DNA of 48,429 nt from positions 1 to 48,429 of the forward strand of contig NW_021834435.1 of assembly GCF_006345805.1 (NCBI RefSeq), given 5' to 3'. This stretch comes from Octopus sinensis. Lineage: Eukaryota. The notes under the pieces were generated by a model that was not told the origin of the DNA, made no database searches, and was given only the letters and a program-made list of their open reading frames with translations. The position numbers and the translations under genes were made by a program. Each line of letters starts with the position of its first letter. Positions within the stretch are counted from its first letter, which is position 1. This document shows, in pieces, positions 1 through 12,015 of this stretch.

Positions 1-230
1 TAGGGTTAGGGTTAGGGTGTTAGAGATAGGGTTATGGTTTTAGGGTTAGGGTTGTCATAAATAACAGTGACAAACGAAAAATACACCGCCGATAGTTGTT
101 GTTGACAAACAACGGGAGTAATTTTATTCAGCTAAATACACGTCATTGATTGGTTGAAATTACCGAAATAGGACAACTTTAACGTGATGTAACTTCGTAA
201 ATATAAGCTTTTCTCAAAAATGCTAAGAGT
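1..230. mobile_element. Fragment of a DNA-transposon-like repeat with internal degenerate TTAGGG tract
   Basis: Degenerate (TTAGGG)n at 1-53; shares ACGTCATTGATTGGTTGAAATT with the TIR element at 4447-4846. Confidence 0.5.
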
Positions 231-233
231 AAA

Positions 234-606
234 AGTCATTTGACTGTGGCCATGCTGGAGCACTGCCTTTAGTTGAGGAAACCGATCCTAGGACTTATTC
301 TTTGTAAGTCTATTCTATTGGTCACTTTTGCTGAACTGCTAAGTTACAGGGACATAAACACACCAACATCAGTTGTCAAGCGATGTTGGGGGGGGCAAAC
401 GTAGACACACAAACACAACACATATTTATATACATATACACGACGGGCTTCTTTCAGTTTCTGTCTACTAAATCCACTCATAAGGCTTTGGTCAGCCCAA
501 GGCTATAGTAGAAGACACTTGCCCAAGGTGCCATGCAGTGGGACTGAACCCGGAACCATGTGGTTGGTAAGCAAGCTACTTACCACACAGCCACTCCTGA
601 GCCTAT
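234..606 (-). mobile_element. SINE family A (tRNA-derived head, CORE-like CCTTGGGCAAGT segment)
   Basis: Minus strand reads A-box-like TGGCTGTGTGG and B-box-like GGTTCAGTCCC, an internal microsatellite and the conserved tail seen in more than 15 copies here. Confidence 0.9.
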
Positions 607-609
607 ATG

Positions 610-795
610 TTAAAAAATTTCTTTTAATTTTAAAGATATGTTGAAAAATTTTTTTAAACTTAAAAAATTTGAAAATTGGAGTTAAAGTACATCTGTTCAG
701 GTGCACCAACAGCATATATTTTCGCGTCGAACTTTAAATATTTTAAATTTAAAAAATTTATAAACATATTTTTAAAATTGAAAAAAATCTTTTAA
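610..795. mobile_element. AT-rich foldback/MITE-like element
   Basis: Imperfect ~60-bp inverted arms at 610-670 and 736-795. Confidence 0.5.
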
Positions 796-1028
796 AAAAC
801 TCTTAAGTCATCTCCGAAGAAAGAAATGTGGATAACTGAGATGGACGGAAATGGTTCCCCAATTTCATACCACGTGTTCTTGAAATGGCCGTAAGAATCT
901 GAACTTTCACTGGATTCATCTTTAGATTCCTCTTGAAATAATTTTGAACCACCCTTTCATCCATTTGATGATTTCAATTAATGCAATATTATTGACTGTG
1001 CATGTATAATAATTTTCTCATTGATTCC

Positions 1029-1978
1029 AACCAAAGCCTTGTGAGCAGATTTGGTACATGGAAACTGCAGTGTACACCCATGCACACACACGTGTGTGTT
1101 TTGGTGTCTGTGTGTTGTTACACAATACTGCTTGACAACTGGCATTAGTGTATTTGCATCCCTATAACTTAGCAGTTGGTGTATTCACTTCTCTGCAACT
1201 TAGCGGTTCAGTAAAAGAGACCGATAGAATAAGTACTAGGCAGCGAGCTGGCAGAAATGTTAGCACACAGGGCAAAATGCTTATTTCGTCTGCCACTACA
1301 TTCTGAGTTCAAATTCCGTCAAGGTCGACTTTGGCTTTCAGCCTTTCGGGGTCAATAAATTAAGTACCAGTTACGCACTGGGTGTCGATGTAATCGACTT
1401 AATCTCTTTGTCTATCCTTGTTTGTCCCCTCTGTGTGTAGCCCCTTCTGGGCAATAAAGAAATAAGAAATGGTAGCTACCCAGGTGAAATGCTTATTTCA
1501 TCTGCCACTACATTCTGAGTTCAAATTCCGCCAAGGTCAACTTTGCCTTTCATCCTTTCAGGGTCGATTAAATAAGTACCTGTTATGCACTGGGGTCGAT
1601 ATAATTAACTTAATCCGTTTGTCTGTCCTTATTTGTCCCCTCTATGTTTAGCCCCTTGTGGGCAATAAAGAAATAAGAAACATTAGCTACCTGGGTGAAA
1701 TGGTTATTTCATCTGCCGTTACGTTCTGAGTTCAAATTCCGCCGAGGTCGACTTTGCCTTTCAGCCTTTCAGGGTCAATTAAATATGTACCAGTTACGCA
1801 CTGGGGTCGATATAATCAACTTAATCCGTTTGTCCCCTCTGTGTGTAGCCCCTTGGGGACAGTAAAGAAATAAGAATAAGTACTAGGCTTACAAAGAATA
1901 GGTCCTGGAGTCGATTTGCTCAACTAAAGGCAGTGCTCCAGCATGGCTGGCTACACTCAAATGACTGAAACAAATAAT
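1029..1978 (+). mobile_element. Headless SINE A copy split by a SINE B trimer
   Basis: A body at 1029-1241 resumes at 1873; 16-bp duplication AGAATAAGTACTAGGC at 1226-1241 and 1873-1888. Confidence 0.8.
1242..1872 (+). mobile_element. SINE family B tandem trimer (tRNA head plus central GAGGTCGACTTTGCCTTTCATCCTTTCGGGGTCGATAAATTAAGTACC domain)
   Basis: A-box-like TGGCAGAA and B-box GAGTTCAAATTCC; three head-to-tail units inside one TSD. Confidence 0.9.
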
Positions 1979-2055
1979 AGATATTGAAATGTATATACCT
2001 AAATATATATATATTGATATGTATATGCCTATATATATATATTATACACACACAC

Positions 2056-2266
2056 AGGCGCAGGAGTGGCTGCGTGGTAAGTAGCTTGCTAACCAACCAC
2101 ATGGATCCGGGTTCAGTCCCACTGCGTGGCATCTTGGGCAAGTGTCTTCTGCTATAGCCCCGGGCCGACCAATGCCTTGTGAGTGGATTTGGTAGACGGA
2201 AACTGAAAGAAGCCTGTCGTATATATGTGTGTGTGTATGTATATATATATATATATATATATATAG

Positions 2267-2302
<36 letters not shown>

Positions 2303-2484
2303 CTGTGTTTGTACCCCTAGCATTGCTTGACAACCGATGCTGGTGAGCTTACGTCCCCGTCACTTAGCGGTTCGGCAAAAAGAGACCGATAGAATAAGTA
2401 CTGGGGTCGATTTGCTCGACTAAAGGCGGTGCTCCAGCATGGCCGCAGTCAAATGACAGAAACAAGTAAGAGAGTAAAAAGAGT
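2056..2484 (+). mobile_element. SINE A, full length
   Basis: GGCGCAGGAGTGGCTG head through GAAACAAGTAAGAGAG tail. Confidence 0.92.
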
Positions 2485-2589
2485 ACACACATATATATAT
2501 ATACACATACATACACCAATGTATTGGCTTTGAACTAGTTGAAGTAACCTTGAAGAGAAGTGATGCGTAGAATGTCAGCAAAAGAGACT

Positions 2590-2806
2590 AGAAATGTATG
2601 GATGTATATACATGCAAGGGTATATAATTAGATATATAGATATATATGTGTGTGTGTGTGTGATGTGCATGTGTACTTATGCATTCATGCGACTGTGCAT
2701 CTATACATATTCACATGTACATGATATACACACCACACACATATATATATATATGTATATATATGTATATATATGTATGGATATATATATATATTATATA
2801 TAATAT

Positions 2807-2902
<96 letters not shown>

Positions 2903-2909
2903 GTATATG

Positions 2910-2960
<51 letters not shown>

Positions 2961-3030
2961 TATATATATATATATGTATGTTGTATGTTATACTATATAT
3001 GTATATATATATGTATGTATATATATATAT
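2590..3030. repeat. (TA)n/(TATG)n microsatellite
   Basis: Direct reading. Confidence 0.95.
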
Positions 3031-3299
3031 AGATGTATCTCTAAAAGCATATGAGTGTGTGAGTTATACTCATTTGCATGCATGCGTGTCTTTGTGTGTG
3101 TGTATATATTCCTACAAGTGTGTGTGGGTCGAGGGGGGGGAGGTAGTGGGGGCGGCGGAGCAGAGGAGGAGGAGGTGTAGAATTAGGAGCAGTTGTTCCT
3201 CCTCGTCCCATACAGCTTGTCTTAATGTGAGATGATGATTGATAATCGATGGCTTTTTTTCGAGCAGCAGAAGTAGCGAGTGCAGGATCTCACTGTTCC

Positions 3300-3990
3300 A
3301 CTTACTCACGTGCTGGTGGTCGATGGTGCTGTTGGAGTTACAGGTGTCGCTGCTGATGCTGCTGCTGCTGTTGGTGTTCTTGGTGGTGGTGATGGTGGTG
3401 GCGGTGTAACTGTTGTTCTTGGTGGTGATGGTGGTGGTGTAATGTTGTCGGTGGTGAGGTGTTGGGGGTTGAACTGTTGTTCTCATGGTGATGGTGGTGG
3501 TGTAACTGTTGTTCTTGGTGGTGATGGTGGTAATGGTGTTGGAGATAGTGGTGGTGGTGGTGGTGGGTGATGGTGTTGGAGTTCTTGTTAGTTGTTGTTT
3601 GTAGTGGTGGGGGTTGGTGATGGTATTGGTGTTTGTTGTGGTGGTGGTGTCGTTGTGGGTTGATGTTTATAGTTGTGATATTGTTAGTGGTGATGGTGGT
3701 GGTGGTGATGGTGGTGGTTATGGTGGTGGTGGCAGTGTAACTTGTTGGTGGTGATGGTGGTAATGGTGTTGGAGATAGTGGTGGTGGTAGTTGTGATGGT
3801 GTTAGAGTTATTGTTAGTTGTTGGTGGGGGATGGTATTGGTGTTTGTGGTTGTAGTGGTGGTTGTGGTGGTATTTGTGGGCTGGTGTTTGTAGTTGTGAT
3901 ATTGTTAGTACTGCTGGTGGTAGTGGTGGTGGTGGTGGTGGTTGTGATGGTGTTGGAGTTATTGTTAGTTGTTGTTGTGTTACTGTTGCA
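3300..3990. repeat. Degenerate (GGT/GTT)n tract with ~35-bp recurring subunits
   Basis: GTAACTGTTGTTCTTGGTGGTGATGGT recurs several times. Confidence 0.85.
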
Positions 3991-4121
3991 TGTAGACTCG
4001 AGTAATCTTTAGGCTTAATTGAAACAGCTGTAAGAGATTATGTCTAATTTTTGCAGATAATTTATTTTTATTAAATGCTATATCTCCATTTTCTTAATTT
4101 TCTTTTCAATTAATCATTATA

Positions 4122-4315
4122 ATGGTTCTGAATTTTAGCACAGGGCCAGCAATTTTGGGAGAGTGGGGTTAAGTCGATTACATCAACCCTGGTGTTCAGC
4201 TGGTACTTATTTTATTGATCCCTAGAGGATGAAAGGTAAAGTCTACCTTGACAGAATTTGAAATCAGAACATAAGGACATCCAAAATACCACTAATCATT
4301 TTGTCCAGTGATTCT
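4122..4315 (-). mobile_element. Old SINE B variant
   Basis: Diverged match to the B central domain and B-box. Confidence 0.75.
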
Positions 4316-4335
4316 TAATGATAATAATAATCTTT

Positions 4336-4946
4336 TCTACTATAGGCACAAGGGCTGAAATTTTAAGGGAAGGGGATAGTCATTTACATTGACCCCACTA
4401 TTTGGTACTTATTTTATAGACCCCCAAAAGGATGGAGACCAAATTTGGATCTTTTCAGTTTGAACGGCAGTTTTTTCTAGCGATGTCATATGAAATTATC
4501 ACCCATAATTATGACCCTAGTATCAATCTATTGCATTTCAATCTGTGTTAGAGTTAGGGGTGGGGGGAAGAGTATCTTTTTTTCTTCACAAATGTAAATA
4601 AACCCAATCTGTTTCTTAAACGAGGGAGATATTCATATGGCACAGAACGTTTTTTACCTCAATAGACGTCATTGATTGGTTGAAATTGCAGAAATTGAAG
4701 AAAAAAAAACCAACAAATATCTTACAAACTATAGAATTTTCTCAATAAAGCCAAGAGAAAAAGATGTTTTTTAAACACATTCTACCAGTATACGAAGTTT
4801 AAAAGTGTTTAGTTACCTAGAAATTATGTTCAAACTGAGAAGATCCCCAAATTTGACCCCAGCAGAATTTGAACTCAGAATGTAGATGGATGAAATGCTG
4901 TGAAGCCTTCTGCTTGGCATGCTAATGATTCTGCCAGCTTGACACC
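4336..4946 (-). mobile_element. Old SINE B variant interrupted by a MITE
   Basis: B sequence is colinear across the 4447-4846 insertion. Confidence 0.75.
4447..4846. mobile_element. MITE with 19-bp TIRs and 8-bp TSD
   Basis: TIRs GGATCTTTTCAGTTTGAAC / GTTCAAACTGAGAAGATCC (1 mismatch); TSD CCAAATTT at 4439-4446 and 4847-4854. Confidence 0.88.
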
Positions 4947-4948
4947 TT

Positions 4949-5416
4949 ACTTTATTCTTTTACTTGTTTCAGTCATTTGACTGTGGCCATGCTGGAGCAC
5001 CACCTTTAGTCAAGCAAATCAACCCCTGGACTTATTCTTTGTAAGCCTAGTACTTATTCTATCATTCTCTTTTGCCAAACCACTAAGTTACAGGGAGGTA
5101 AACACACCAGCATTGGTTGTCAAATGATGTTGTGGGGACAAACACAGACACGTAAAACACACCAGCATCGGTTGTCAAACGATGTTGGTGGGGGGGGACA
5201 AACACAGACACCCAAACATATACACACACACACATATATATATATATACACAGATATACGACGGGCTTCTTTCAGTTTCCGTCTACCAAATCCACTCACA
5301 AGGCTTTGGTCGGCCTGAGGCTATAGTAGAAGACACTTGCCCAAGGTGCCATGCAGTGGGACTGAACCCAGAACCATGTGGTTCGTAAGCAAGCTACTTA
5401 CCACACAGCCACTCCT
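4949..5416 (-). mobile_element. SINE A with ~55-bp internal duplication
   Basis: AAACACACCAGCAT...ACACAGACAC occurs twice. Confidence 0.9.
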
Positions 5417-5949
5417 ACTTAATAATAATAATAATGTTTTCTTTATTAACCAGTAAGGGTTCACAAAAATTGTTGGGGATGGTACAGGACAATACTATGT
5501 GGGGTTGCATAAAAGGTGTGTAAAATGTAAAAAATTAGAAAAACATAAATTTTAACAAAGAATAATTTCCCAAAAGAGAGAGCCTTCCTAAGGCTGCTCA
5601 TGGAAACCCCACAAAATCACAGAGGCCCTGACCACTAGGGCAAGTGCCCTCTCTACATTGTCTGCAGGCTCATGCTTAGAGTACGTTTGTTCAGACAATT
5701 CTTGCCACATTCACCCACCTTTCAAAAAAATTGCTTGAGTAGCACTTTTCTTTTCCCCCTCATTTTCCTTTGTAGGTGAAACTTTAAAAAGTTGATGAGA
5801 GCTCATCCAAAGAGAAAAGTATCTGTCTTCAGCCCTTTCAATCTGGCCCACTTCACAACCTCTTTTGCTAAGGCCACCAGGCAAAGAAACACCACCTGCT
5901 TTTTCTGGCCAAAAGAAGGAGGTGGGACAAACTCCAAGTTCAGATGTCC

Positions 5950-5984
<35 letters not shown>

Positions 5985-6010
5985 GTAATAATAATAACAA
6001 TAATAATTAT

Positions 6011-6196
6011 TATTTCTTTATTGGCCACAAGGGGCTAAACATAGAGGGGACAAACAAGGACAGACAAAGGGATTAAGTCAATTACATCGACTCCAGTGCA
6101 TAACTCGTACTTAGTTTATCGACCCCGAAAGGATGAAAGGCAAAGTCGACCTTGGTGGAATTTGAACTCAGAACGTAACGGCAGGCGAAATACTGC
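6011..6196 (-). mobile_element. SINE B, 5'-truncated
   Basis: B tail, central domain and B-box present; A-box absent. Confidence 0.88.
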
Positions 6197-6589
6197 TTGT
6201 GATTGTAATTAACAAATAAATCTTGCTGATGATTGTCAATTGAATATCTTCTCCATTTTCTTCCTTGCCTTTTATATATATATAAGGTCGTTTGAGGCCC
6301 ATACCTTCAACAACCTTGAACACACAAAAGTAAACAAGAGAGACAGAGACAGGCAGAAACAAGGAAAATGCCCCTTCTATCTGAATACTATGCAAATATT
6401 CTTCAAAAACTTTTCTTTTAAGTTTTCCAAAATTTATTTTCCATACTTACAGCTGAAAAAATCTTAATGACTGACACCAGTACTGAAATATTTTTTATAA
6501 AATTATTTTAGCATTTTCTACCTTGACTTTTTTTCCATATATATTAACCTTCAATGTAGAAAGTTGAAATATATGTATTTCAATCTTCT

Positions 6590-6626
<37 letters not shown>

Positions 6627-7038
6627 GTTTTTAACTTTACAATTTAATTACAAATTGCTGAAGGCTGTCTCTTAGGTGGCAACCACCACAGACTTGGTCG
6701 TCTCAGAAGAGGTCCTACCTGGGGATGACAGCACACTGGCTACACCCCCAAGACCTGCATGGAACAACACACTGTCCTGACCTGTTCTTGGCTCAAAGGA
6801 CATCACACCTTTGATATTCTCACCCAGGCCATGGTGGACACCCATTACAAGTTTCATCTGCAAGATGTGACCTTGACCACGAAGGACAACACAAAAAAAC
6901 TTTGCCTAGACATTTATGCAGTTTGGTACAGAAGTTGAATTTTTGCCAGACATTCCTAAGGATGTTGCCAATCCGGACATTGAGGGCATCGAGGATGTGG
7001 ATCCTGAGACTGGGGATGTGGACAAAGTTGAGTCCAGC

Positions 7039-7362
7039 TCAAAATCTCTCATGGAGACGTCATCCAACCAAAGTACAAATATATGGGAAACTACCACCTG
7101 TAACATCTCTTGTGAAAGGTAGGAGAGTCCAGTTTGCTGGACATTGTTGTAGAGCTGAAAACGAGGTAATTTCTGCTCTTCTCCTCTGGAAGCCATCTAC
7201 TCACAATACCAGAGGGCTCACACTCTCCTACCCTGATGTAATCTCCAGGGATACAGGCATCCAGCAACAGGACCTCCGTAATGCCATGATGGACCGTGAA
7301 GTCTGGCGTATCATGGTAAATTCCATTGTCTCGACCATGGTCGAACAATGATGATGATGACA
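7039..7362 (+). mobile_element. 5'-truncated RTE-type LINE (ORF2 C-terminus, (TGA)n tail)
   Basis: SWRRHPTK..RRVQFAGHCCRA..DREVW; TSD AGTCCAGC at 7031-7038 and 7363-7370. Confidence 0.88.
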
Positions 7363-8107
7363 AGTCCAGCATCCTGGGACTCAACCTGCAAGTGTACATG
7401 AAGTGCGCAGCCCATACCTTCAGCTTGGTAGCCGGCATGGATGTCGACAAGGCTCTTGATAGTGTTTCATTCAAGTCGGCCTACAGGAAGGCCATGTCCA
7501 AGGTTCAGCCACTGTAGCACGGTGGCAGGCGACAGCATTCTGGATGCATTGAAGAGGAGGCTGGTGGTTCCCAACAGTACCAGATGGAATTCTACCTGTG
7601 ACTGTTGTTGTCCTCAAGAAGAACAGGGGAGCTGTCCACAGGGTGATGACACAGCTGAAGCTGCAGACCTTCGCTGATTCTGATGTCGGCTTCCTGACAG
7701 AGTACTGCCCAGGTGATGTCTAATGTTGCCAAGGTCTTGGATAAAATCCAGGGGAATGACTAGGTCTATCTTGGGAGCTTTCTGCCAACTGTAGCACTAC
7801 CATTGTGAAGTTGAGGAGGGCCAAGTTCAAACATCTCCTGTACAGCAGTCCTCTGGTAGATGCGATACTGGCAGGCATCACAAAAAGATTTGGGCTCCTC
7901 CTAGAAGACCCAGAGCGCCAGCTGACCGCTGCCTTCCACCCCAAGTTTCGCCTGTTTAGGCTGGAGCAGTGTAATAACAGCTCGTTAGCAAAGTGACGAG
8001 CGTCATGGAGATCATCGTAGAGACATCTCTAATGGAGATCAATGAGGAGGGCAGCAGCACCACCAGAAATGAGAATGAGGAAAATGATTTCTTTAGCAAC
8101 ATCACTC

Positions 8108-8271
8108 GAGTGGCTGTGTGGTAAGTAGCTTGGTAACCAACCACATAGTTCCGGGTTCAGTCCCACTGTGTGGCACCTTAGACAAATGTCTTCTGCTATA
8201 GCCCCGGGCCGACCAATGCCTTGTGAGTGGATTTGGTAGACGGAAACTGAAAGAAGCCTCCTGTCATATAT

Positions 8272-8308
<37 letters not shown>

Positions 8309-8733
8309 ATATATATTATATATATAAATAATAAATATGAAGATTGTCGATCAAGACAAGAAACGATTGTAGTGGCGGTTTTTTTGACTATTTATAAAAT
8401 TTTATGATTGATTAAGTATTTCCTTGTGTTTTGCAAAATAGTGGGTTTGTCTAATATATTTTATATTATATATATATATATATATAATAAAATATATATA
8501 TATATATATATGTGTGTGTGTATATGTGTCTGTGTTTGTCCCCCTAGCATTGCTTGACAAACCGATGCTGGTGTGTTAACGTCCCGTCACTTAGCGGTTC
8601 GGCAAAAGAGACCGATAGAATGAGTACTGGGCTTACAAAGAATAAGTCCCGGGGTCGATTTGCTCAACTAAAGGCGGTGCTCCAGCATGGCCGCAGTCAA
8701 ATGACTGAAACAAGTAAAAAAGTGAAAAAAAAG
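8108..8733 (+). mobile_element. SINE A inserted in the hAT transposase
   Basis: A head and tail present; internal (TA)n carries a foreign fragment at 8338-8460. Confidence 0.9.
8338..8371 (+). ncRNA. Truncated minimal hammerhead ribozyme relic (Penelope-like fragment)
   Basis: TGAAGA-TTGTC(GATCAA)GACAA-GAA-ACGATTGT-A; first core C and 5' stem I missing. Confidence 0.55.
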
Positions 8734-9188
8734 TGAAGTAAGTTCCAGGAGAGCAGGAGCCACAGGTCACTGATGTTCAAGGCACAGAACTTGGTGATGA
8801 CCTAGCTGGGGGCTGTCTCGAAGGAGGTCCTGAATGAAGTCACCTTTTCGGGTGAGCAGGTCTTGATCTGTTCACCAAGTATAACACCGCCATCCCATCC
8901 AGTGCTGCAGCTGAGCACCTATTCTCTATAGGCAAAGATATTTTGAAGGCCAAGAGAGCGACCCTTTCAGATGGTAACTTTGAAAGGCTGATATTTATGA
9001 AGGGCAACCAACATCACGTCGCGAGGTGATAGAGAAGGCCCAGAGTAGTACACCCTGATCATCATCTGATCTTGGCATGGTACCTACGCTATACGATACC
9101 ATTATGATTCGTTTAATACTTTTTGTACTGTAAAAAAAGTGTATGTTGACTAAAAAATTAATGTTTAATTTCATTAGTTCATTTAATT

Positions 9189-9597
9189 AGGCGAAGGAGT
9201 AGCTGTGTGGTAAGTAGCTTGCTAACCAACCACATGGTTCCGGGTTCAGTCCCACTGCGTGGCATCTTGGGCAAGTGTCTTCTGCTATAGCCCCGGGCCG
9301 ACCAATGCCTTGTGAGTGGATTTGGTAGACGGAAACTGAAAGAAGCCTGTCGTATATATGTGTATATATATGTATGTGTGTGTATGTTTGTGTATTTGTG
9401 TTTGTCCCCTTAGCATTGCTTGACAACCGATGCTGGTGTGTTTACGTCCTCGTCACTTAGCGGTTCGGCAATAGAGACCGATAGAATAAGTACTGGGCTT
9501 ACAAAGAACAAGTCGCGGGGGCGATTTGCTCGACTAAAGGCGGTGCTCCAGCATGGCCGCAGTCAGATGACTGAAACAAGTAAAAGAGTAAAGAGTA
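9189..9597 (+). mobile_element. SINE A, full length
   Basis: Head and tail match. Confidence 0.92.
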
Positions 9598-9937
9598 TAT
9601 CCAGTCGCAGACACTACACCAGGGCAGGCAGCTGAGTTCAATGCAGCCCCACTCTGGCTAGTGGGATTCTGTGGAACTGTCTGACTCGTACCAGCATGGA
9701 ACATGGATGTTAAATGAAGATGATAATGAAAATCATAATGATGATGATGATGGTGGTGGTGGTAATGATGATAATGATAGTGGTGATGATTATGATGAAT
9801 ATCATAATGCAGATGATGATGGTAGTTGTGATGGTGATGATAATGATGATTGTTACAACCTGTGTTGTTCATGATCTATGAAAATATAATTTATATACAT
9901 CCATATACAAATACATACAACCACATAAATATATATT

Positions 9938-10713
9938 TGTTTCTTTATTACCCTCAAGGGGCTAAACACAGAGGGGACAAACAAGGACAGACATAGGTAT
10001 TAAGTCGATTACATCGACCCCAGTGCGTAACTGGTACTTAATTTATCGACCCCGAAAGGATGAAAGGCAAAGTCGACTTCGGCGGAATTTGAACTCAGAA
10101 CGTAGCGGCAGACAAAATACCTATTTCTTTATTACCCTCAAGGGGCTAAACACAGAGGGGACAAACAAGGACAGACATAGGTATTAAGTCGATTACATCG
10201 ACCCCAGTGCGTAACTGGTACTTAATTTATCGACCCCGAAAGGATGAAAGGCAAAGTCGACTTCGGCGGAATTTGAACTCAGAACGTAGCGGCAGACAAA
10301 ATACCTATTTCTTTATTACCCTCAAGGGGCTAAACATAGAGGGGACAAACAAGGACAGACATAGGTATTAAGTCGATTACATCGACCCCAGTGCGTAACT
10401 GGTACTTAATTTATCGACCCCGAAAGGATGAAAGGCAAAGTCGACTTCGGCGGAATTTGAACTCAGAACGTAGCGCAGACAAAATACCTATTTCTTTATT
10501 ACCTCAAGGGGCTAAACATAGAGGGGACAACAAGGACAGACATAGGTATAAGTCAATTACATCGACCCCAGTGCGTAACTGGTACTTAATTTATCGACCC
10601 CGAAAGGATGAAAGGCAAAGTCGACCTCGGGGGAATTTGAACTCAGAACGTAGCGGCAGACAAAATACCGCTAAGCATTTCGTCCGGCGTGCTAACGTTT
10701 CTGCCAGCTCGCC
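9938..10713 (-). mobile_element. SINE B tandem tetramer (184-bp period)
   Basis: Units start at 9941, 10125, 10309 and 10492; only the unit ending at 10713 has the A-box head. Confidence 0.93.
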
Positions 10714-11089
10714 GCATAAATATATATGTATATACACATACACACACAAACATACATCCATACATACTTACATACGCATTTACATACATGCACACAATCA
10801 CACATCCCCACACATACATGCATACATACTCATACATGCATACATACACATACATATGTACACACATGCATCCATACATACACACACACACACACATACG
10901 CATACAAATTTTATTGGGTTCATCCGCCCTTTTAACAGGCATTGATCTGGTCCTGCTGGGTTCCAAACAACCCCTCCAACAGCACAGCCTGAAGAAGTAT
11001 GGGGAGAGACCCAGTTTAGTTGGCGACAAACCAACCAAACATGCAACATGTTGTACTTGATTACATGTCACATGTGGCATTCAAGAACA

Positions 11090-11123
11090 TCTTGACATAT
11101 ATATGCATAGATTTGTGTGTGTG

Positions 11124-11170
<47 letters not shown>

Positions 11171-11289
11171 GCATGTATGTATATATATATTTGTATGTAT
11201 GCATGTTTATATATTCATGCATATATATATATATATGTATGCAAGTATGTATATATATATATGTGTATGTATGCATGTTTATATATTCA

Positions 11290-11331
<42 letters not shown>

Positions 11332-11480
11332 AGTAGTATGTATATATATATGTGTATGTATGCATGTTTATAGGTTTATACATTCATGCATATATATATA
11401 TATATATGCATGTATGTATATATATATGTGTATGTATGCATGTTTATATGTTTATACATTCATGCATATATATATATAAA
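11090..11480. repeat. (TA)/(TG)/ATGC compound microsatellite with ~60-bp higher-order units
   Basis: GTATGTATGCATGTTTATATATTCATGCATATA recurs about four times. Confidence 0.85.
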
Positions 11481-11566
11481 TAAATGGCGGTGCCCCAGCA
11501 TGGCCACAGCTCATGAGCTGAAACTAGAATCAATCAATCAATCAATCATATATATATATATATATA

Positions 11567-11762
11567 TTCTTTTATTCTTTTACTTGTTTCAGTCATTTGA
11601 CTGCGGCCATGCTGGAGCATCGCCTTTAGGACTCATTCTTTGTAAGCCGAGTATTTATTCTATCAGTCTCTTTTGCCAAACCGCTAAGTTATGTAAACAT
11701 AAACACACCAACATTGGTTGTCAAGTGACGGTGGTGGACAAACACAGATACACAACATATAC

Positions 11763-11842
<80 letters not shown>

Positions 11843-12002
11843 GGGCTTCTTTCAGTTTCTGTCTACCAATTCACTCGAAAGGCTTTGGTTGGACTGAAGT
11901 TATTGTAGAAGACACTTGCCCAAGGTGCCACACAGTGGGATTGAACCCGGAACAATGTGGTTGGGAAGCAAGCTATTTACCACACAGCCATGCCTGTGCC
12001 TA
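11567..12002 (-). mobile_element. SINE A (diverged)
   Basis: Tail, expanded (TA)n and head. Confidence 0.85.
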
Positions 12003-12015
12003 TATATATGTTGAT

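Larger units (their letters stand above)
6672..9020 (+). pseudogene. Decayed hAT-superfamily transposase
   Basis: TT(K)DN (~6876), CAAHT (7404), TRWNS (7579), AAFHPKF (~7930) and dimerisation-domain PSSAAAEHLFSIGKDILKAKRATLSDGNFERLIFMKGN (~8895-9010); stops and frameshifts; interrupted by an RTE fragment and a SINE A. Confidence 0.9.

Noticed and set aside
1-53. Telomere
   Set aside because: Short, degenerate and continuous with an interspersed repeat; not a terminal array.
800-950. Minus-strand acidic peptide FQEESKDESSESSDSYGHFKNTW
   Set aside because: Short, no splice sites, no recognisable family.
4017-4040. GAAACAGCTGTA hammerhead half
   Set aside because: No CTGANGA core upstream; at most a family H remnant.
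5776-5950. Strong + strand acceptor followed by protein-like text
   Set aside because: All three phases stop within a few codons; no supported donor.
10939-11060. Possible exon GIDLVLLGSKQPLQQHSLKK
   Set aside because: Only moderate splice sites; no recognisable motif or phase link.
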